Shown: positions 39,259 to 48,626 of the stretch, piece after piece
Position numbering within the stretch: the stretch's first letter is position 1
Layout of the letters: each line of letters starts with the position of its first letter
NCBI GenBank assembly: GCA_965279525.1
Contig: CBDIIB010000004.1
Span: 224,001 to 288,000 of the forward strand
From: Tagaea sp.
Lineage (GTDB): Bacteria; Pseudomonadota; Alphaproteobacteria; CACIAM-22H2
Length of the DNA stretch: 64,000 nucleotides
Reading direction: 5' to 3'
Notes under the pieces: generated by a model
Seen by the model: only the letters and a program-made list of their open reading frames with translations
What the model was told of the DNA's origin: nothing
Database searches by the model: none
Translations under genes and position numbers: made by a program

Positions 39259-41273
39259 TGTCCGACCTTGCCGATCTGGGAGAAAAGCTGGAACAGCACG
39301 GTCACGACGGCCATTCCGGAGAGGATCACCAGCGCGATCTCCTGGCCTTTTTCGCTGCCCATCCGCGCGGTGGTTTCGACGATGGAATCGCGCATGTCGA
39401 GGATGCGCTGGTTGGCGTCGAATTCCTGCTTGGCACGCGTGAACTCGGCGTTGTCGGCGCCGAACACGTCCGGATCGGTCGCGATGTCCGCGAGCCCCTG
39501 GATGTCGAATGCAGCGGCTGCGGCATCGGCCTTCGCCATCGTCTCCTCGCGCACTGCCGGATTGCGCAGGCGTTCGATCAGTGCTCGCGCCGCCGCATGG
39601 CAGATCTTGGTAAGGTGCGGAAGCTGCTTGCCCTTCGCCTCGACGACGATGCGCACGCCGAGCTTGAGGATCGCGGCCGCACGCCGCGGATCCTTGCCGT
39701 CAAACGTGCGCACGGCGCCCAGATCGGCTGCCGTGATGCCGCCTCGAGCACCCAGGAACGCGACGATGTGCGCGTCGGGCTCGAAGTTTCCTCGCGCCAG
39801 CCCCGCCTCGAACACGTCGAGGAGATCGCCGAGCGTGTCGACCCAGCGGCCCTGCACCTCGGGCGACAGGCACGGCGCGTCGGCATTGAGCTTGTAGAGC
39901 GCGCTTTCGAGCTTCTCGACGCCGTTCGAGACCCGATCCTCGAGATCGAGCAGGGCCTTTGCCGGTTCGTCGATCAGTCCGAGCGGCGTCGCTGCCTTCG
40001 CCCAGAGATGGACAAGGCGCGCGGAAAACAGCTCCTCGAACTGCTGGCGCTTGCCGCCGTCGAGGAGGGCCGCGTAAATCACGGCACCGGCGCCGTTCGG
40101 GAAAAACGACAGGTCGCGGTACCGGATGGGACCGACCGGGTCGAGGCGCACGGCTTCGCGCGCGAGGAGAACTTCCTTCGTCGCGATAAGCTGCGTCGGG
40201 CCGTCCTCGATATTGAGTGACAGGGCAAGCTGGATGTCGTTCGCCTTGATCCAGTTCGCGATTTCGCCGCGCTCGAGCGCCGTGGATGCCTGCTCGGGGT
40301 AGCGATGGACCGCGAAGGCGAGTTCGCGCGGCTCCAGGCACTGGACCGGGCCGATCTGAAGCGGCGACCCGCGCCGCGCCGACGGGCGCTTCTGCGGGAT
40401 CTGCGGCCGCCGGCCGTTGGTCCAGTCGGTGATGGCGGCAAGCGACCAGCGCGTCTTCACGTCGTCGTCGATCAGGGCCATGACCGGATCGAACAGTTCG
40501 CTGGGGATCTGCGACGTGTCGATCATGGCGCTGGTCGAGCCGTAGGCGAGGCGCCGCGCCATGAGCGCGTCGGGCTCCTGTCCCTCGCCGGGATACTTGC
40601 CCGTCGAGAAGCAATAGAGCGTCATGCCCAGCGCGAACATGTCGTCGATCGAACCGCCGATCCCCTTGCCGTCGGGTGTGGCCAGGGCGCGCTCGATCGG
40701 CTCGAAGGGGGCCGGCTGGTCGTAGCCGACCGGACCGAGCACGCAAGGGCCGAGCGCGAACAGCTGCCCCTTCGTGTCCTGGTTGAAGACGTTGTCGGGC
40801 CGGATGGAGCCGTGGATCTCGCCGCGTTCGACGATTTCGGCAAGTGCCGCGCACATCGGCTTCAGGAAGTTCTGGATCAGCGTGCGCGGTGCCCAGCCGC
40901 CCCACATGCGCCGGGGCGGTGTCGGGCCGACGGGCTTCTCGTAGACGAAGGCGTAGGCATCGCGCGTGCCATTGCGCTTCAGCACGCCCGCGTCGAGCAG
41001 GGAGAGCAGGCCCGAACGCGAGACGCCGCGCTGGCGCTGTGCCGCACGGATCCGGACCGAGCGGTCCGGCTCGCAGACGAAGGCAAGATGCTGGCCGTCT
41101 GGAAATCGCCGGTCGACCGCCGCATAGGCCTTGGCACCCGGGCGATCGAACGTGGACAGCGGCGTACCGAGATCGACGACGATGTGCTCGCCGAGGTCGG
41201 CGCCATTGACGACGCCGGCCGGCGCGTCGGCGGCGCGTGTCAGGGGGCGGCTGTTGATGAAGGGACGCAGCAA
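39255..41273 (-). CDS. Ser/Thr kinase-fold protein, probable pseudokinase, with C-terminal TM anchor
   Basis: Catalytic-loop-like IHGSIRPDNVF, FEPIE (APE-like), DDMFALGMTLY (subdomain IX), a helical C-half and a terminal TM. TTG start uncertain. Confidence 0.8.
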   Translation of the reverse strand: MLRPFINSRPLTRAADAPAGVVNGADLGEHIVVDLGTPLSTFDRPGAKAYAAVDRRFPDGQHLAFVCEPDRSVRIRAAQRQRGVSRSGLLSLLDAGVLKRNGTRDAYAFVYEKPVGPTPPRRMWGGWAPRTLIQNFLKPMCAALAEIVERGEIHGSIRPDNVFNQDTKGQLFALGPCVLGPVGYDQPAPFEPIERALATPDGKGIGGSIDDMFALGMTLYCFSTGKYPGEGQEPDALMARRLAYGSTSAMIDTSQIPSELFDPVMALIDDDVKTRWSLAAITDWTNGRRPQIPQKRPSARRGSPLQIGPVQCLEPRELAFAVHRYPEQASTALERGEIANWIKANDIQLALSLNIEDGPTQLIATKEVLLAREAVRLDPVGPIRYRDLSFFPNGAGAVIYAALLDGGKRQQFEELFSARLVHLWAKAATPLGLIDEPAKALLDLEDRVSNGVEKLESALYKLNADAPCLSPEVQGRWVDTLGDLLDVFEAGLARGNFEPDAHIVAFLGARGGITAADLGAVRTFDGKDPRRAAAILKLGVRIVVEAKGKQLPHLTKICHAAARALIERLRNPAVREETMAKADAAAAAFDIQGLADIATDPDVFGADNAEFTRAKQEFDANQRILDMRDSIVETTARMGSEKGQEIALVILSGMAVVTVLFQLFSQIGKVGQ

Positions 41274-41322
41274 GGGCTGTCGAACTCGACGCGGTGAACG
41301 GCGTCCGTAGCGTGCGCCAAAC

Positions 41323-41350
41323 CCCGGGCCGGCGCAATGGCCGGCCCGGG
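41323..41350 (-). terminator. Hairpin downstream of icd
   Basis: 11-bp perfect stem CCCGGGCCGGC-GCAATG-GCCGGCCCGGG, followed by GTTT on the minus strand. Confidence 0.65.
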
Positions 41351-41364
41351 ATGCAGGTGGCGGC

Positions 41365-42579
41365 TCAGTTCATCGCCTTGTGGAGGTTCTGCTCGATCTT
41401 CTCGAGGAACTTCGACGTCGACAGGTAGGGCTGGTCGGGCGAGATCAGCGTGGCGAGATCCTTGGTCATGGACCCGGCTTCGACCGTCTCGACGCACACG
41501 CGCTCGAGCGTCTTGGCGAACAGGCACACTTCGGGGGTCTTGTCGAACTGGCCGCGATACCAGATGCCGCGCGTCCAGGCGAAGATCGACGCGATCGGGT
41601 TCGTCGACGTCTCCTTGCCCTTCTGGTGTTCGCGGTAGTGGCGCGTGACCGTGCCGTGTGCGGCTTCGGACTCGATGCACTGGCCGTCCGGCGTGGTGAG
41701 CACCGACGTCATCAGGCCGAGCGAGCCGTAACCCTGCGCCACCGTGTCGGACTGGACGTCGCCGTCGTAGTTCTTCGTCGCCCACAGGAAGTTGCCCGGC
41801 CACTTGAGCGCCGAGGCGACCATGTCGTCGATCAGGCGGTGCTCGTAGATGAGGCCCTTCTCCTTGAAGCGGTCCTTGAACTCGGCGTCGAAGATCTCCT
41901 GGAAGATGTCCTTGAAGCGCCCGTCGTAGATCTTGAGGATCGTGTTCTTCGTCGAGAGATAGACCGGGTAGCCGCGGTTCAGGCCGTAGTTGAAGCATGC
42001 GCGCGCGAACCCGCGGATGGATTCGTCGACGTTGTACATGGCCAGCGCCACGCCGGGGCCGGGGAAGTCGAACACCTGGTGGCGGATGTTCGTCTCGCCG
42101 TCCTTCGAGGTGAAGGTGATGGACAGCTTGCCGGCCGAGGGCACGATGAAGTCGGTCGCGCGATACTGGTCGCCGAACGAGTGGCGGCCGATCACGATCG
42201 GCGCCGTCCAGCCCGGGATCAGGCGCGGCACGTTCTTGCAGATGATCGGCTCGCGGAAGATGGTGCCATCGAGGATGTTGCGGATCGTCCCGTTGGGGGA
42301 GCGCCACATCTGCTTCAGGTTGAATTCCTTGACCCGGCCTTCATCGGCCGTGATCGTCGCGCACTTCACGCCGACCTTGTGCTGGCGGATCGCATGTGCG
42401 GAATCCACGGTCACCTGGTCGTCGGTCTTGTCGCGGTTCTCGATCCCGAGATCGTAGTATTTGAGGTCGACGTCCAGGAACGGCGTGATCAGCCGCTCGC
42501 GGATCATCTTCCAGATGATACGGGTCATTTCGTCGCCATCGAGCTCGACGATCGGATTGGCGACCTTTATCTTTTTCAT
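41365..42579 (-). CDS. icd: NADP-dependent isocitrate dehydrogenase (type II)
   Basis: Motifs [38 protein letters not shown] and [10 protein letters not shown]. Confidence 0.98.
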   Translation of the reverse strand: MKKIKVANPIVELDGDEMTRIIWKMIRERLITPFLDVDLKYYDLGIENRDKTDDQVTVDSAHAIRQHKVGVKCATITADEGRVKEFNLKQMWRSPNGTIRNILDGTIFREPIICKNVPRLIPGWTAPIVIGRHSFGDQYRATDFIVPSAGKLSITFTSKDGETNIRHQVFDFPGPGVALAMYNVDESIRGFARACFNYGLNRGYPVYLSTKNTILKIYDGRFKDIFQEIFDAEFKDRFKEKGLIYEHRLIDDMVASALKWPGNFLWATKNYDGDVQSDTVAQGYGSLGLMTSVLTTPDGQCIESEAAHGTVTRHYREHQKGKETSTNPIASIFAWTRGIWYRGQFDKTPEVCLFAKTLERVCVETVEAGSMTKDLATLISPDQPYLSTSKFLEKIEQNLHKAMN

Positions 42580-42715
42580 AATTGCGGACTCCCCCTAGGA
42601 CAGACGCGATTCCAAGGGGGAGGGATACGATACGCGCGCCCGGAAATCCAGCACCGAGCGCCATCGGCACCGCTACTCCGATGATTCCAGGCGAAAACCC
42701 GACCTTCGGGGCGAC

Positions 42716-43300
42716 CTATAGCTTTTCTGGTTGCGGCACCGTCCGCGAAGCCGGGGCAGCGCGCAATGCGGGGAGGACCGCATCGATCCCGTCGACGACT
42801 TCGTAGAACCTGCGGAACGACGGGCGCGCGTAACGCGCCGAAATGATCCCGTCGATCATCGAGATCAGGCCGTTCCAGTATCCGTCGAGGTTGACGATCA
42901 CCAGCGGCTTGTCGTGCAGGCCGAGCTGGCGCCAGGTCAGGATCTCGAACATCTCGTCGAGCGTGCCGGCACCGCCGGGCAGGACGACGAACGCGTCCGA
43001 GCGCGTGAACATCATTTCCTTGCGGACATGCATGGACCCGACGACATGCAGTTCGGTGACCTGGCCATGGCCGACTTCGGCCTTCATCAGGTGCTCCGGA
43101 ATGATGCCGACGACATGCCCGCCGCCGGCGATTGCCCCATCCGCGATGGCACCCATCAGGCCGACGCGACCGCCGCCATAGACCAGATCGATCCCGGCCG
43201 AAGCCAACTGCCCGCCGAACCGGAATGCGTCCGTCCGGTGCGACGGCTTGCCTTCGTCGGACGAGCCGCAGTAAACGCAGACCGCACGAATTTCCGTCAT
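42716..43300 (-). CDS. LOG-family nucleotide phosphoribohydrolase
   Basis: Motifs VCVYCGS, LVYGGGRVGLMG, MHVRK and PGGAGTLDE. Confidence 0.95.
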   Translation of the reverse strand: MTEIRAVCVYCGSSDEGKPSHRTDAFRFGGQLASAGIDLVYGGGRVGLMGAIADGAIAGGGHVVGIIPEHLMKAEVGHGQVTELHVVGSMHVRKEMMFTRSDAFVVLPGGAGTLDEMFEILTWRQLGLHDKPLVIVNLDGYWNGLISMIDGIISARYARPSFRRFYEVVDGIDAVLPALRAAPASRTVPQPEKL

Positions 43301-43468
43301 TTATTGTTACCGAAAATAAAACAGTGTATTGCCTGCATCGACATTGTTGTCCGTCTTGCCGCGTTGATCGGGTGAATGCTTAAATCGACACGAGCCGTAT
43401 CTCAAGCTCTACGGCAGCTGTCATACGTGCCTGAAGTCAACCGAGAAACCGGAAAAGGATCATCCCCT

Positions 43469-43939
43469 ATGAAGTCTTTCGTCCGCCAAGCCGCATGCGC
43501 CGTCTGCGTAGGTGCAGCGATTCTCGGCACGGCTTTCACGGCTGTCGCGCAGGCGCCGGCCGAAATTGCCCAGCGACAGGACGCGATGAAGGCGAATGGT
43601 GGTGCCATGCGGGTGCTCGCGCCGATCGTCCGCGGCGAAGCGCCCTGGAACGCGCAGGCAGCCGGTGCGGCCGCCGCAAGCGTCCGGGATGCGGCAACGC
43701 GCGCCAAGGCGCTTTTCCCGGCCGGCACGGGCCCCGACAAGGGGCAGACCGCGGCACTGCCGGCGATCTGGGAGCGCAAGGCCGAATTCGACGGCATCTT
43801 CGACCGCCAAGTCGCGGCCGCCAGCAACCTTGTCACGCTTGCCGCGGCAAACGACGAAGCCGGCTTCAAGGCGGGTTTCCCCGCACTCGGCCAGACCTGC
43901 GGCGCCTGCCACACGCCGTTCCGCCGCCCGGCGAACTGA
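43469..43939 (+). CDS. Class II cytochrome c (c'/c556)
   Basis: Signal peptide, RQDAMK, ALPAIW and C-terminal CGACHTPFR. Confidence 0.93.
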   Translation: MKSFVRQAACAVCVGAAILGTAFTAVAQAPAEIAQRQDAMKANGGAMRVLAPIVRGEAPWNAQAAGAAAASVRDAATRAKALFPAGTGPDKGQTAALPAIWERKAEFDGIFDRQVAAASNLVTLAAANDEAGFKAGFPALGQTCGACHTPFRRPAN

Positions 43940-43949
43940 GTAGCGCGAA

Positions 43950-44855
43950 GTGACGTGGTGCGCCCGCAGGGTGGCGAATTTCCGCCTTGCGGGCGCGCTC
44001 GTTCTCGCACTCGCGTTCGGTACGCCGGCAACAGCACAGGTCGGCGACATCAAGAAGGGCGAGTACATCTTCGCCGCCGGCGGTTGTGCCGGATGCCATA
44101 CCGATACGAAGAACAACGGCCAGCTGCTTGCCGGCGGACGCGAATTGAAGACGCCGTTCGGCAGCTTTTACGGCCCCAACATCACGGCGCATCCGGCCGC
44201 TGGCATCGGCAGCTGGTCCGACGCCGACTTCATCCGTGCGGTCCGTCAGGGGCGCCGCCCTGATGGCGCCCACTATTTTCCGGTGTTTCCGTATACGTCC
44301 TTCACGAAGATCGCCGACGCCGACCTCGTCGATCTCAAGGCCTATATTTTCTCGCTGCCGGTCTCCGACCGGCCCAATCGGCCGCATGACATCGGCTTCC
44401 CGTTCAATCTGCGCATGCTCCAGTTCGGCTGGAAGCTGCTGCATTTCACACCGGGCGAATTCCGGCCTGACCCGGCCAAGAGCGCGCAGGTGAACCGCGG
44501 GGCGTATCTCGCCGGGGCGCTTGGCCATTGCGCGGAATGCCACTCGCCCCGCAACCGGCTGGGCGGGCTCGATCAGGCCATGGCCTATGCCGGCGACGGC
44601 AACCCGCCGGGTGGCGGCAAGGTCCCCAACATCACGCCGGACGCCGAGACGGGAATCGGCAAATGGTCGGACGGCGAACTCGAAGACCTGCTCGGCAGCG
44701 GGATGACGCGCGACGGGGATTCCGTCGGCGGCGAGATGGGCGAGGTGGTCGCGAAATCGACATCCAAGCTTACCCCCGAGGATCGCAAGGCCATGATCGC
44801 GTATCTGCGTCAGTTGAAGCCGATTTCCAACCGGGTCCGCAGCGGCACGCCCTGA
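43950..44855 (+). CDS. Diheme c-type cytochrome
   Basis: Signal peptide, CAGCH and CAECH, and repeated PNIT...GIG.WS. Confidence 0.92.
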   Translation: MTWCARRVANFRLAGALVLALAFGTPATAQVGDIKKGEYIFAAGGCAGCHTDTKNNGQLLAGGRELKTPFGSFYGPNITAHPAAGIGSWSDADFIRAVRQGRRPDGAHYFPVFPYTSFTKIADADLVDLKAYIFSLPVSDRPNRPHDIGFPFNLRMLQFGWKLLHFTPGEFRPDPAKSAQVNRGAYLAGALGHCAECHSPRNRLGGLDQAMAYAGDGNPPGGGKVPNITPDAETGIGKWSDGELEDLLGSGMTRDGDSVGGEMGEVVAKSTSKLTPEDRKAMIAYLRQLKPISNRVRSGTP

Positions 44856-44942
44856 CGACGGCAGGGCGGAGATTGCGACCGGAGACGGGCAGGCATAGTC
44901 TGCCTTGATCGAATTCAACTCGTTTCGAGTCGTAACCCGCGC

Positions 44943-45962
44943 ATGAACCGTAATTCGCTTCTCGCCCTGGTCGGCGCGATTTTCCTCATCGTCGCGAGCG
45001 TCATCGCGTTGCGCGGCTGGCAGGCGGAAGAGACACGTCCGCCCGCCCGGACGACCGCTGCGGCGCCACCAATTTCAGCTCCACCGGTTTCCGCGCAGCC
45101 GCAGGCTCCCGTTCCCCTGCCGGTGGCACCGCCGCCTGCCGCATCGACCCCCGTGCGACCCAGTTTCGACGTGGTGCGCGTCAGTCCCTCGGGCGATGCT
45201 GTCATCGCCGGGCGTGCGGCACCCAACGCGCCGGTCACGATCTTCGATGGCGACAAGGAAATCGGTCAGGTCACCGCTGACGGTCGCGGTGAATGGGTTT
45301 TCGTGACGGTCGAACCGCTCGCTCCCGGTCCGCATGATCTGCGGCTGCGGGCACCCGGTCCGGACGGCAGTGTGCTGACCTCCGACCAGAGCGTCGCGAT
45401 GGTCGTCCCGCCACGGGGATCGATCGGTTCCGGCGGTGGTCCGCTTGCGGCCTTGCTGCCGACGGAACCAGGCCGGGCACCGAACGTGATCCAGGTTCCC
45501 GGTACGCCGATCCCCGGCCAGCGCGTCGCGATCGACGCGCTCGATTATGGCGAGAAGGGCGAAGTCGTCGTCGCCGGCCGCGCCGATCCCGGCTCCGCGG
45601 TCCGGCTTTATGTCGACAACAGGCCTGTCGCGAGCGCAACGGTCGGTCCGGATGGCCGTTGGGAAATGCGTGTGGAAGAGCTAGCACCCGGAACCTATAC
45701 GCTGCGCACTGATTTGATCGGTCCGGACGGCCGTGTCGTCGCGCGCGCGGAGACGCGTTTCCAGCGTGACACGCTGACGGCGCCGCTTCCGGGGCAACAG
45801 ATCGTCGTCGTCCAGCCGGGGAACTCGCTCTGGCGGATCGCACGCCGGGTTTATGGCGAGGGATTGCGTTTCACGACGATCTTCGAGGCCAACCGCGCCC
45901 AGATCGGCGATCCGGACCTGATCTATCCGGGCCAGGTCTTTGCCCTACCAAAGACGAACTGA
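44943..45962 (+). CDS. Membrane-anchored Ig-like/LysM peptidoglycan-binding protein
   Basis: N-terminal TM, Pro-rich linker, PSFDVVRV and C-terminal LysM VQPGNSLWRIA...PDLIYPGQ. Confidence 0.92.
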   Translation: MNRNSLLALVGAIFLIVASVIALRGWQAEETRPPARTTAAAPPISAPPVSAQPQAPVPLPVAPPPAASTPVRPSFDVVRVSPSGDAVIAGRAAPNAPVTIFDGDKEIGQVTADGRGEWVFVTVEPLAPGPHDLRLRAPGPDGSVLTSDQSVAMVVPPRGSIGSGGGPLAALLPTEPGRAPNVIQVPGTPIPGQRVAIDALDYGEKGEVVVAGRADPGSAVRLYVDNRPVASATVGPDGRWEMRVEELAPGTYTLRTDLIGPDGRVVARAETRFQRDTLTAPLPGQQIVVVQPGNSLWRIARRVYGEGLRFTTIFEANRAQIGDPDLIYPGQVFALPKTN

Positions 45963-46049
45963 GCCGGGCATCAGTGGCCAATTTCAGGGCGAGGCGTTAA
46001 ACTCGACCCCTGTTGTTGTATAAAAACATGAAATTTGGCGGCTAAACAT

Positions 46050-46745
46050 ATGAGTGATATGTGGAAATCTGTATCGGCACCGATGCATCGGGCGGGCGTG
46101 CCGTTCGTTGTGGGCGGGGTCGTCGCGACGTTCTTGGCGGCCTTCGCGTGGGCGCCGTTGGCCGCCGTGCTGGCGTTGGTGACGGCGTGGATGATCTATT
46201 TTTTCCGCGATCCGGACCGTGTCGTGCCGACGCGATCGGGGCTGGTGGTCAGCCCGGCCGACGGAATGGTGCAGCTCATCGTACCGGCCGTTCCACCGCC
46301 GGAACTCGAAATGGGCGACCGGCCGCTTACCCGGATTTCGGTGTTCCTCAACGTGTTCAACGTCCACGTCAACCGCGTGCCGGCCGGCGGCCGTGTCGTG
46401 CGTGCTCGTTATCGGCCGGGCCTGTTCCTCAATGCCGCCCTCGACAAGGCTTCGGACGACAACGAGCGCATGTCGGTACGGGTGGCGATGGCGGACGGAC
46501 GTGAAATCGCGTTCGTCCAGATCGCCGGTCTCGTCGCGCGTCGGATCCTCTACGACATCAAGGACGGCGACGACGTGCGCACCGGGCAGCGCTACGGCCT
46601 GATCCGTTTCGGCAGCAGGTGCGACATCTACCTGCCGGAAGGCGTCGAGCCGCTGGTGTGCATCGGCCAGACCACGATCGGCGGCGAGACGGTCATTGCC
46701 GATCTCGCTTCGAGCGAACCGCGCCGGGAAGGGGAGACACGCTGA
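46050..46745 (+). CDS. psd: Phosphatidylserine decarboxylase proenzyme
   Basis: Motifs [28 protein letters not shown] and cleavage motif RFGSR. Confidence 0.96.
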   Translation: MSDMWKSVSAPMHRAGVPFVVGGVVATFLAAFAWAPLAAVLALVTAWMIYFFRDPDRVVPTRSGLVVSPADGMVQLIVPAVPPPELEMGDRPLTRISVFLNVFNVHVNRVPAGGRVVRARYRPGLFLNAALDKASDDNERMSVRVAMADGREIAFVQIAGLVARRILYDIKDGDDVRTGQRYGLIRFGSRCDIYLPEGVEPLVCIGQTTIGGETVIADLASSEPRREGETR

Positions 46746-47602
46746 TGTTCGGCCGGGTGCGCAAGCGCCGCCAGCGCGACCGGGACCATCGGATCGGCGG
46801 CGGTCACATGAACCGGCTGATCCCGAACGCGATCACGGTCGGCGCGCTTTGCGCGGGCCTTTCCGGCGTGCGCTTCGCGATCGACGCGCGCTGGGAAATG
46901 GCAGTTGCCGCAATCGTGGTCGCCGCGATCCTCGACGGCCTCGACGGCCGGATGGCGCGACTGCTGAACGGGACGTCGAAATTCGGCGCTGAGCTCGACT
47001 CGCTGGCCGATTTCGTCAGCTTCGGGGCGGCACCGGCGCTCATCGTCTATCTCTGGGTGCTCAACGGTTGGGGCGGCGTGGGCTGGGTCATCGCGCTCGG
47101 CTTCGCGGTGTGTTGCGCGTTGCGCCTTGCGCGCTTCAATACGGCGCTCGCCGATCCCAATCCGCCGCGATGGGCCGGTCATTTCTTCACCGGCGTTCCC
47201 GCACCGGCCGGGGCGGGGCTGGCCTTGCTGCCGATGATGCTGCATTTCGAAGTCGGCCCGGGCTGGGTCGACAAGCCGGTCGTCGGGGCGCTGACGCTTG
47301 CCGTCGTCGCTTTCCTGATGGTCAGCCGACTGCCGACTTTCTCGGGCAAGAAAATCCATATCCCGCGTGGCTGGATGGTTCCGACACTCGTGATGGTCGG
47401 CCTGTTCTTTGCCTTTCTCGCGAGCGCACCCTGGGCCACGTTGTTGGCCCTCGGCGTCGCGTACCTTGCGGCAATCCCGGTCTCGCTCGTGTTGCAGGGC
47501 CGGATGCGGTTGGCCGAAGCTTCCGTCCAGCCGGCGGCCGCAGCGCCAGGCAAGCCGGTCTTGAGCGTGGTCGGCGACCGGGCTGGCGGGGAAGCCCCTT
47601 GA
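46745..47602 (+). CDS. pssA: CDP-diacylglycerol-serine O-phosphatidyltransferase
   Basis: Motifs DGLDGRMAR...FGAELDSLAD, LRLARFN and FTGVPAP. Coupled to psd. Confidence 0.95.
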   Translation: MFGRVRKRRQRDRDHRIGGGHMNRLIPNAITVGALCAGLSGVRFAIDARWEMAVAAIVVAAILDGLDGRMARLLNGTSKFGAELDSLADFVSFGAAPALIVYLWVLNGWGGVGWVIALGFAVCCALRLARFNTALADPNPPRWAGHFFTGVPAPAGAGLALLPMMLHFEVGPGWVDKPVVGALTLAVVAFLMVSRLPTFSGKKIHIPRGWMVPTLVMVGLFFAFLASAPWATLLALGVAYLAAIPVSLVLQGRMRLAEASVQPAAAAPGKPVLSVVGDRAGGEAP

Positions 47603-47759
47603 TCGGCATCACGGGCCGGTCCATTGTTGTAGGAAGATTGTGGGTTTAGACCCAAGAGATTGGAAAAGAACCGATTTTCCGGCTACTTACCAACCGTTAA
47701 CCAATCGTCTCTAAGGTATCGATTCGGGTTTCGTCGGTCGGGGTCCCAAGGAGGGCCGG

Positions 47760-48626
47760 ATGTTCGCCATTGTCGGGCTGTTGCTGGTGCTGTTTTGCGT
47801 GTTCGGCGGTTACATCATCGCCGGCGGCAAGATCGGCATCATCCTGAAAGCGCTGCCGTTCGAGTTCCTGATCATCGGCGGATCGGCAGCCGGATCGTTC
47901 CTCGTCGGCAACTCGGGCTCGGTCATCAGCCATGCGCTCAAGGATTTCGGCCGCGTGTTCAGCGGCCCGAAATACAAGCGCGAGGATTATATCGACCTGC
48001 TGTGCCTGATCTTCACGATCCTCAAGCTCGCCCGCTCGAAGGGCACGCTGGCGGTCGAGCCGCACATCGAGAAGCCCGATGAATCCAACATCTTCATGGC
48101 CTATCCGAAGGTGCTCGCGAACAAATACGCGATCGCGCTGATCTGCGACCACATGCGCATGCTGTCGATGGGTGTCGAAGACGCCCACCAGCTCGAAGAG
48201 ATCTTCAACAAGGAACTCGAGAAGCACCATCACGAGGTCATGCGTGGCGGCAACGCGCTGGCCACCACGGCCGATGCGTGCCCGGCACTCGGCATCGTCG
48301 CGGCCGTCATGGGCGTCATCAAGACCATGTCGTCGATCGACCAGCCGCCGATCATCCTCGGCGGCCTGATCGGTTCGGCGCTCGTGGGAACGTTCCTCGG
48401 CGTGCTGCTTTCCTACGGCATCATCGGCCCGATGGCCGCCCGCCTGAAGCAGGTCTACGAGGACGAATTCAAGTTCTACGAGATCATCCGCGACACGTTC
48501 GTGGCGCATCTGCAGGGCAACGCCCCGCAGATCTCGACCGAGATCGGCCGCAAGAGCGTTCCTTCGGAACTGCAGCCGACCTTCTACGAGCTGGAAGAGG
48601 CCATCGCCTCCAAGCCGGCTGCGTGA
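47760..48626 (+). CDS. motA: Flagellar stator protein MotA
   Basis: Motifs PFEFLIIGG, EPHIEKP, PALGIVAAVMGVI, ALVGTFLG and EIGRK. Confidence 0.96.
   Translation: MFAIVGLLLVLFCVFGGYIIAGGKIGIILKALPFEFLIIGGSAAGSFLVGNSGSVISHALKDFGRVFSGPKYKREDYIDLLCLIFTILKLARSKGTLAVEPHIEKPDESNIFMAYPKVLANKYAIALICDHMRMLSMGVEDAHQLEEIFNKELEKHHHEVMRGGNALATTADACPALGIVAAVMGVIKTMSSIDQPPIILGGLIGSALVGTFLGVLLSYGIIGPMAARLKQVYEDEFKFYEIIRDTFVAHLQGNAPQISTEIGRKSVPSELQPTFYELEEAIASKPAA

Noticed and set aside
48278-48622. N-terminal extension of the GT41 ORF overlapping motA
   Set aside because: It is an Arg-rich off-frame read of motA. The GTG at 48623 overlapping the motA stop is the more plausible start.
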